Shown: positions 1 through 5,612 of the stretch, in pieces
Numbering within the stretch: the first letter of the stretch is position 1
Layout of the letters: every line of letters begins with the position of its first letter
Origin: Myxococcales bacterium
Lineage (GTDB): Bacteria; Myxococcota_A; Polyangia; Nannocystales; Nannocystaceae
Direction of reading: 5' to 3'
Length of the DNA: 32,000 nucleotides
Assembly (NCBI GenBank): GCA_020633315.1
Contig: JACKDV010000012.1
Coordinates: forward strand, 1 to 32,000
Translations under genes and position numbers: made by a program
The notes under the pieces: model-generated
Databases searched by the model: none
Seen by the model: the letters and a program-made list of their open reading frames with translations, nothing else
What the model was told of the DNA's origin: nothing

Positions 1-29
1 GCTATTGTCCATGACGTCGAGCCGCTGCG

Positions 30-1532
30 TCAGTGCAGCGGGGCACCAAGCCGGGCCCGCTGTACGTCGGCCTCGTCGATCTCGTAGCCCCGCTCGTCGA
101 CCAGCCAGGTTCGCCAGCCGTTGGCATCCCCCTCCACGAAGGCCAGGCGAACCCGCGACCAGGGGTCGGTCCAGCCTGGGGCGGACCCCACGACGATCTC
201 GAGCGGAACGTCTGCGTCCCGCGCGGCCCTCTCGAGGTGGTGGAGCGTGGGCTCGTCTCGGTGGACCCATGGGGCCGGGATGAGCTCGTCGAGGAATCCC
301 CAGCGTAGGCGCACCGCGCCGTGCAATCGGCCGTACTCGTAGAGGGCATACAGCGACTTGACGTTGGCATCGAGGCGGCGCCGCAGCTTCTCGTGATCGC
401 CCTCGCGTAGGTAGGTGGCCAGCTTCTTCGGATCGCCGAATGGCCGGCTGATGCCACAGGACCCCTGGATGAGCAGCTCGGGCGTGATCTTCAGGGTCCG
501 CCCCCGCTTGTTGATCCTCTTGGACTTCTGCGGCGGCCCCAGCTCGGCGAGGTGGCGAGAGCCCGGGTCGAACGCCAGCGCTCGCAGCAGTGCCCGGACG
601 TCCATGGCGCCGATGAGGTCGAAGGTCGCCAGACGCTCGCGGGCCGCCGCCAGCTCGCCCTCGCCGATGAAGGTCACTAGCTCGTGGGCGGCCACATCGA
701 GCAGCGCCAACGCCCGGGGGTCCTTGGCCGGAAAGGCGTAGAGGAGCACTCGACGGAGCTTGGCCAGCTCCGCGGCATGGGCGAGGCGCTTGCGTTCGAA
801 AGTCTCGCGGGCACGCGCGATCTCCTCGGGAGAGCTTCGGTGGAGGGCAGGGTTGCGACGGAGACCCTCGATTCGATCTCGTACCGCGCGACGGGTGTCG
901 AGCAGGAGCTTCCCCGGGTCGGCGATCATCGACCAGCGCTCGTCGGGCCGGATGGTCACGGCCGCGCTCTTGCGCTTGAAGCTGGGCGTGTCCGCGGTGA
1001 GAGAGAACCACTTGGTGCGCGCGGCCACGAAGTCGATGACCTCCTGAGGCTGCATCGGCTCACCGTGGGCATCGAGCACGGCCAGGGCGAGGCGTTGCGC
1101 AGACCAACTGCGGAGGTTGGCGTCCTTCCAGGCTTCGTCCAGTTCCTCGAAGCGGAGCGCGACCTCGGGTCCGGGGAGGGGCTCGAGCTTCGGGGGAGCG
1201 GGGGTGGGGCGAGAGACCTTCGGAGGGCGTAGGCCGAGGCGGAAGACCCAGAGGTGGAGGTCGTCGTCGTGGGGGTCCAGGCTATAGTGGTCGCCCTCAC
1301 GGTAGACGGGAGCCCGGCCTGGCTTGCAGCGCTTGAGCGAAAGGAGGGCACGCTCAGCCGGTGCGAGCCCGATCTCGGCGAACCGGGCTGCGACCTCGAC
1401 GAGGGTCATGGGCTCGCCATGCTCGAGCAGGGTGACCAGGAGCAGCGAGTAGGTGTTGGCCTCGCGGTGATCCTTGACCGCGTCGAGGCTGGGCACGTCG
1501 ATGCCCAGGGCATCACACCACGTGTTGCTCAT
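30..1532 (-). CDS. Hypothetical 500-aa island protein with two similar winged-helix/HARE-HTH-like modules
   Basis: ORF 30..1637 trimmed to the ATG at 1532, which has AGGA 8 nt upstream and sits 23 nt after the stop of the preceding small ORF. Strong GC3 bias. Internal duplication: 'LLEHGEPMTLVEVAARFAEIGL' versus 'VLDAHGEPMQPQEVIDFVAARTK'. No catalytic motif recognised. Confidence 0.6.
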   Translation of the reverse strand: MSNTWCDALGIDVPSLDAVKDHREANTYSLLLVTLLEHGEPMTLVEVAARFAEIGLAPAERALLSLKRCKPGRAPVYREGDHYSLDPHDDDLHLWVFRLGLRPPKVSRPTPAPPKLEPLPGPEVALRFEELDEAWKDANLRSWSAQRLALAVLDAHGEPMQPQEVIDFVAARTKWFSLTADTPSFKRKSAAVTIRPDERWSMIADPGKLLLDTRRAVRDRIEGLRRNPALHRSSPEEIARARETFERKRLAHAAELAKLRRVLLYAFPAKDPRALALLDVAAHELVTFIGEGELAAARERLATFDLIGAMDVRALLRALAFDPGSRHLAELGPPQKSKRINKRGRTLKITPELLIQGSCGISRPFGDPKKLATYLREGDHEKLRRRLDANVKSLYALYEYGRLHGAVRLRWGFLDELIPAPWVHRDEPTLHHLERAARDADVPLEIVVGSAPGWTDPWSRVRLAFVEGDANGWRTWLVDERGYEIDEADVQRARLGAPLH

Positions 1533-1555
1533 CGTGTGGATCCTGCTCGTGGCAG

Positions 1556-1813
1556 TCAGTCGTCGAAGACCTCGGCGAGGGACGTCGCCGTGACCGCACG
1601 ATCGAACCATCGCTGGAGGAGGTTCTCGTCCTTGCACGCAGCCACCCGCTCGCGCAGCTCGTCAGTGGGCTCGAGCCCCCGCGTGTCGAGCAGTCGCTCC
1701 AGCATGCGGGCCATGCCCTTGGTCTCGCCCTGGAGGATGCCGTCGGCCCTACCTTCGGCGAGGCCCTCGGCACGGCCCTTGGCGAGGAGCTCGTCTCGGA
1801 TGGTGGCGTACAT
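1556..1813 (-). CDS. Free-standing Rpn C-terminal-tail paralogue (RpnS-like small protein, 85 aa)
   Basis: It starts MYATIRDELLAKGRAEG, identical to an internal segment of the upstream Rpn protein. It ends ...DELRERVAACKDENLLQRWFDRAVTATSLAEVFDD, which parallels the Rpn C-terminus. It lies 15 nt downstream of the Rpn stop. Confidence 0.55.
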   Translation of the reverse strand: MYATIRDELLAKGRAEGLAEGRADGILQGETKGMARMLERLLDTRGLEPTDELRERVAACKDENLLQRWFDRAVTATSLAEVFDD

Positions 1814-1815
1814 CT
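1773..1815. repeat. 43-bp direct repeat, copy 1 (identical to 2007-2049)
   Basis: cggcccttggcgaggagctcgtctcggatggtggcgtacatct is read identically at both positions. It spans the start codon of the small ORF. Confidence 0.9.
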
Positions 1816-1828
1816 CGGCCGAACAGCG

Positions 1829-2842
1829 TCAATCGTCGAAGATCTCCGTGAGGGACGACGCTCTCACGGCGCGATCGAACCACCGCTGGAGCAGGTCCTC
1901 GTCCTCGCAGGTGGCTACTCGTTCACGCAGCTCATCGGTGAGCGTGAGCCCACGGTTGTCCATCAATCGCTCCAGCACCCGAACAATGCGGGCGTGGCCC
2001 TCGGCGCGGCCCTTGGCGAGGAGCTCGTCTCGGATGGTGGCGTACATCTGGCGGGTTTCCTTGCTGGCGGACTCGAGCAGTATACCGCGGACCGGGGACT
2101 CGGGCCCGAACACGGAGAGGAAGTAGGTCAGGAACGGCTTGACGGCCTTGGCACCCCAAGTCTCGGCGACCACGTTGCCCAGGACCCCAAGCAAGGCGGC
2201 GCGTTCGCCGTCGGTGGCTTCGGGGTGGTGGTACAGCCACAGCATGGTACGTGCCATCTCGGCCAGGGCGAGGCCGCGGTTGCGGACGAGCTGGTCGTGG
2301 GTGACCTGATCCCCGAGGACCGACTCCCCGAGGTCGTCGACCGCGAACGCGAGCTCGACGGGGGAGGGGAAGGCTTCGAGCAGCTCGGGCGGCACGTCGA
2401 GCATCTCGGAGAGGCGTTGCGGCATCGTCCAGCCCTTCGGCCCCTGGTAGAGCAGCACGGGAGCGACGAGCGGGACCTTCTTGGTGCCCTTGTGTTCGCT
2501 GAGATAGCGCTCGTAGAGCCGTCCCACGTAGACGACGAAGCGAGCCGCCATGACCGGGTCGGGTGTGCTCTGGTGCTCGAGCACGACGTAGATCGAGATC
2601 CTGCGCGTGGAGCCGCTCAGCGCGATGGAGTACAGGATGTCGCTGGTACGGTGCTCGAGCTCGGGATCGATGAACGAGCTCGGCTCGACGCGGAGCGTCT
2701 TCCAGTCGAGCCGGCTGGTGAGCGCCGCTGGAAGCACCTGGCGCAGCTCGGCGGCTGCGGCCTCGGGATTGGTGAAGATCCGCTTCACGAGGCCGTCGTG
2801 CGGGTTGTGGGCGACGACGTCGTCGGACTTGCGCTTGGTCAT
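1829..2842 (-). CDS. Rpn family recombination-promoting nuclease / putative transposase (YhgA-like, PD-(D/E)XK)
   Basis: N-terminal 'HDGLVKRIF' and 'SDILYS...IYVVLEHQSTPDPVMAARFVVY' match the YhgA/Transposase_31 signature as I recall it. Typical C-terminal tail 'DELRERVA.C.DEDLLQRWFDRAV'. Confidence 0.8.
   Translation of the reverse strand: MTKRKSDDVVAHNPHDGLVKRIFTNPEAAAAELRQVLPAALTSRLDWKTLRVEPSSFIDPELEHRTSDILYSIALSGSTRRISIYVVLEHQSTPDPVMAARFVVYVGRLYERYLSEHKGTKKVPLVAPVLLYQGPKGWTMPQRLSEMLDVPPELLEAFPSPVELAFAVDDLGESVLGDQVTHDQLVRNRGLALAEMARTMLWLYHHPEATDGERAALLGVLGNVVAETWGAKAVKPFLTYFLSVFGPESPVRGILLESASKETRQMYATIRDELLAKGRAEGHARIVRVLERLMDNRGLTLTDELRERVATCEDEDLLQRWFDRAVRASSLTEIFDD
2007..2049. repeat. 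43-bp direct repeat, copy 2 (inside the rpn gene, spanning the internal ATG at 2047-2045)
   Basis: Identical to 1773-1815. Flanking sequence in the two tail copies has clearly diverged. Confidence 0.9.
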
Positions 2843-2905
2843 CGAGGCTCTCGGCGGACTCTATAGCGTGCGAGGGATTGGCGGGCATTCGGGACTGGGT
2901 CGAGA

Positions 2906-4135
2906 TCACCCACCGCGGGTCGCATGCTCGATCGCCGCGCCCGCTCTCTCGAGGCCTTCCTGCAGCGCCCGGTCGTGCAGGTGGGCGTAGCGTGCGGTGG
3001 TCTGCGGCGACTTGTGCCCGAGCACCTTGCCCACGACCGACAGCGGGACCCCGGCCGAGACCGCGTCGCTGGCCCATGAGTGACGCAGATCATGGAGCCG
3101 CACGTCCTCGAGCCCCGCATGGGCCCGCAGCGTCCGCCAGGCCCGCTGGACGTTCGAGAGCCGCGTCCCCGACTCGCTGGTGCAGACCAGCCCGATCCGC
3201 CCCACCTTGCCCCGTTCCGCGCGCAAGAACTCCACGGCCTGCCGTGTGAGGGGGACCGACTTGGCGCCCGTCTTGGAGGTGGGCAGCCGCAGTTGTCGAT
3301 GGCGCCAGTCCACATATTCCCAGCGCAGGTCCAGCACCTCGCCCAGCCGCATGCCCGTCAGCGATAACAGCCGAAAGAGCTGCACGTATCCGGGCGCGAG
3401 CCCTCCTTTGGTCTGGGGCCCCGCCTCGAGCGCATGGACGAGGGCGGCCTCGAGCCGCTGCCGCTCCTCGGGGGACAGGTAGCGCTCGACCTTCCGATCG
3501 CTGGTGGCCTTGAGCCGAGCCGCCGGATTTTGAGTGATGGCGCCGAGATCTTCCGCGTGTCGAAAGCAGATCCGCAGCACGTCTCGGAGCTTGCGCCATG
3601 TCCCGGCCGGAACCTCCCGCTGGATCCGCTCCAGGTCCGCGGCCGTGACCGCGTCCACCCGCGCGCGTATGAAGCTCGTCCGCGATCGCAGGTGCTTGCT
3701 GATGCGGTACCGGTCGGTCTTGATCGCGCCCTCGGACTTGGCCGTGCCGAGTTGCCCCGCGACCTTGCAGTAGCTGCCGAGGTACCAGCCCTCGTCACCC
3801 TTCTCGCCGAGGAGATCGACCATCCGCAGGGCACCGCGCTCGCGTCGTCGTTCCTGCTGGGGGTCCTGGCCCTGGTCGACCGCGCTGAGAACGGTACGTG
3901 CCATCGCTCGGGCCTGGGGGATGGTCAGCTCGAGCCCGCCGAGCTTCTGGCGGCGCTGGGTCCCGCTCACGCGGTAGCGCACGAAGAACGTGGTCGCCCC
4001 CTTGGGGGTGATGCGAAGGTGCAGGGTCCGGACCGACTGCTTGCCGCTGTCGTCCCAAAGCTCGATGCGACGGCCCTCTTCACTGGCTTGGACTCGAGCT
4101 TGGCGGATGGCGGCGGTGGTCAGCGGCACCTCCAT
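2906..4135 (-). CDS. int: Tyrosine-type site-specific integrase (P4-like, with N-terminal arm-binding DUF4102-type domain)
   Basis: C-terminal catalytic motifs 'HDLRHSWAS' and 'LGHKSPQTTARYAHL', with an upstream 'TGMRLGEVLDLRW' Arg box. N-terminus 'LHLRITPKGATTFFVRYRVSG' is typical of P4-type integrases. The start is taken at the ATG at 4135; the ORF is open to 4186. Confidence 0.85.
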   Translation of the reverse strand: MEVPLTTAAIRQARVQASEEGRRIELWDDSGKQSVRTLHLRITPKGATTFFVRYRVSGTQRRQKLGGLELTIPQARAMARTVLSAVDQGQDPQQERRRERGALRMVDLLGEKGDEGWYLGSYCKVAGQLGTAKSEGAIKTDRYRISKHLRSRTSFIRARVDAVTAADLERIQREVPAGTWRKLRDVLRICFRHAEDLGAITQNPAARLKATSDRKVERYLSPEERQRLEAALVHALEAGPQTKGGLAPGYVQLFRLLSLTGMRLGEVLDLRWEYVDWRHRQLRLPTSKTGAKSVPLTRQAVEFLRAERGKVGRIGLVCTSESGTRLSNVQRAWRTLRAHAGLEDVRLHDLRHSWASDAVSAGVPLSVVGKVLGHKSPQTTARYAHLHDRALQEGLERAGAAIEHATRGG

Positions 4136-4290
4136 AGGATATCTCGGGGGCACACCGGGGGCACAACCTTTCGCAAGAGGCCGCAATCCGCGCGCAAGGC
4201 GCGATGTCCAGAATGCGCCTAAATAGGCCGGTTTAAGGCGAAATTCAAACTTGCGGCCGCTTCAACAAACCCCCGCAAACCCGCATGGCT

Positions 4291-4337
4291 CTGCCCTGAT
4301 AAGGCAGAGGTCGGAGGTTCAAGTCCTCCCACGCCCA
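4291..4337 (+). other. 3' fragment of tRNA-Ile(GAU): anticodon arm through discriminator. Putative att core / attR.
   Basis: ctgcc-CTGATAA-ggcag (anticodon GAT), variable loop aggtc, T arm ggagg-ttcaagt-cctcc, acceptor 3' strand cacgccc, discriminator a. Upstream sequence (ccgcaaacccgcatggct) has no D arm and no matching 5' acceptor strand gggcgtg. Confidence 0.7.
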
Positions 4338-4342
4338 CTAGG

Positions 4343-4367
4343 AAAGCCCCGCGTAGCGGGGCTTTTT
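4343..4367 (+). terminator. Intrinsic terminator following the tRNA fragment
   Basis: aaagccccgc-gta-gcggggcttt perfect GC-rich stem followed by a T5 tract. Confidence 0.75.
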
Positions 4368-4556
4368 CGTTTGGGCGGGGGCGGCTGTGGGCCATCTGGA
4401 CCGGCGCGGGTCCACTGCGTGTCAAGGCTCGGGAGACACCACGACCGATAGCGATTGCGGGAGGTCGGGACAAGGCCAGGAATCGCCCACGGAGCGCAGA
4501 ACGAGGGGCGGATGGTTGGTCAGGCGGCGAGACTCGTAGGCCAACGGACTCGTCCG

Positions 4557-5612
4557 TCAGTCGTACCAGTCGAGGCAAGTGAGCGCCTCTTCGGTCATCC
4601 CATAGACCCCAGCATTCGCGGTCGGTCGAAGCACGTTCCGTCGGAGCCATCCCTGGATCGTGCTCGCTGGAACTCCCCGGGAGAGCAACTGCTGACGCGT
4701 CATCGTCCCGTCCGTCGTCGTCTTCTTGGAGGCAGTCGTCTTCTTGGAGGCAGTCGTCTTCTTGGAGGCAGTCGTCTTCTTGGAGGCGGTCGTCTTCTTG
4801 GAGGCGGTCGTCTTCTTGGAGGCGGTCGTCTTCTTGGAGGCGGTCGTCTTCTTGGAGGCAGTCGTCTTCTTGGAGGCGCCCCTCCTCCCGCGATTCGACT
4901 CTACCTCGTCATCGATGACCACGCCGAAGATCTCCGATAGCTCCCCGACCAACCGACGCTCATCCTCGATCTCTCCGACGATCTGTGCCGCCGACTCCAC
5001 CAATTGCCCCGGCTCGACTCCTCGCAGCTCGAACAAGAGCTGAGGCTGTTCGTCGAGCCGAATCCCCACGCCGTACATCGCGGCCGCCACGTGCTTGCAC
5101 ATCGTCGCCCAGTCGGGACAACTGCATCCGAGGCGAATGGCACGTGGCTCGGGGAACAGCCCCTTGCCGGGCTCGGTGACGGCCTCCATGACCTCGGCGC
5201 CCACGCGGCCCTCGAGCAGCTCGATCACCGACGACAGTCGACCCGAGCACCGCTTGCGCAGCGCAGACCAGCGCGCACGGGGGACCGGATCGATCTGCAC
5301 GCGGACCTCGTACAGCGAGTGGCCGGACACCAGCGCAGTGATCTCACCCGGGGCGATCCACAGGTCGAGCACCGCGCCCTGTCGAAGGTAGGTGCGCCCG
5401 CGTGGCAGGCGGTTGGCGTAGTCGTGATACCGCTCGAGGTTGTGGCACCACGCCTTTCCCCAGATGGTCTGGGCGAAGCTGCGGCCCTCGCCGCGAACGG
5501 GCGCGGGATCGCGGCCGAGTCGCTGGTGGAGCTGACGGCGGGTCGGGGCCGGCTCGTAGTCGCGCTCGGGGCCCCAGGAGGACCAGAAGCTGCGGCGTCT
5601 CCTACGAGGCAT
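4557..5612 (-). CDS. SWIM zinc-finger protein (partner of the SNF2 helicase) with a lysine-rich ASKKTT repeat linker and a C-terminal HTH-like tail
   Basis: CxC...CxH motif 'CSCPDWATMCKHVAAAMY'. N-terminal region 'FAQTIWGKAWCHNLE...RLPRGRTYLRQGAV...VSGHSLYEVRVQI' is typical of bacterial stand-alone SWIM proteins. The ATG at 5612 overlaps the upstream gene's stop by 11 nt. Confidence 0.8.
   Translation of the reverse strand: MPRRRRRSFWSSWGPERDYEPAPTRRQLHQRLGRDPAPVRGEGRSFAQTIWGKAWCHNLERYHDYANRLPRGRTYLRQGAVLDLWIAPGEITALVSGHSLYEVRVQIDPVPRARWSALRKRCSGRLSSVIELLEGRVGAEVMEAVTEPGKGLFPEPRAIRLGCSCPDWATMCKHVAAAMYGVGIRLDEQPQLLFELRGVEPGQLVESAAQIVGEIEDERRLVGELSEIFGVVIDDEVESNRGRRGASKKTTASKKTTASKKTTASKKTTASKKTTASKKTTASKKTTASKKTTASKKTTTDGTMTRQQLLSRGVPASTIQGWLRRNVLRPTANAGVYGMTEEALTCLDWYD
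4717..4878. repeat. Nine tandem copies of an 18-bp unit (gtcgtcttcttggaggc[a/g]) encoding (ASKKTT)x9 in the SWIM protein
   Basis: Read directly. The only variation is a/g at the last unit position, in the pattern a,a,a,g,g,g,g,a,g. Confidence 0.95.

Larger units (their letters stand above)
1..4337. mobile_element. Right-hand part of an integrative island (integrase plus Rpn nuclease cargo). Right junction is at the tRNA-Ile 3' fragment; left end is outside the window.
   Basis: Tyrosine integrase gene whose 5' end faces a 47-nt tRNA-Ile(GAU) 3' fragment at 4291-4337. The fragment lacks a 5' half and is followed by a native-looking intrinsic terminator. A lower-GC arm region lies at 4187-4290. 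All four cargo genes are co-oriented on the minus strand with short gaps. Confidence 0.5.

Noticed and set aside
1-29. Possible minus-strand gene start (ATG at 12-10, 'MDNS...') continuing beyond the left edge.
   Set aside because: Only four codons are visible, so it cannot be supported from this window.
4261-4340. Full-length tRNA-Ile gene at the integrase-proximal site.
   Set aside because: Only the anticodon arm through the 3' acceptor strand is present. No D arm (no AGCTCAG-type sequence) and no 5' acceptor strand gggcgtg can be found upstream. The 3' end reads ACTA rather than ACCA.
4717-4878. Tandem repeats at 4717-4878 and 24242-24331, considered as possible CRISPR arrays.
   Set aside because: The units are 18 and 15 bp, directly abutting with no spacers. 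They lie in frame inside well-supported coding sequences and there are no cas genes. They are coding microsatellites.
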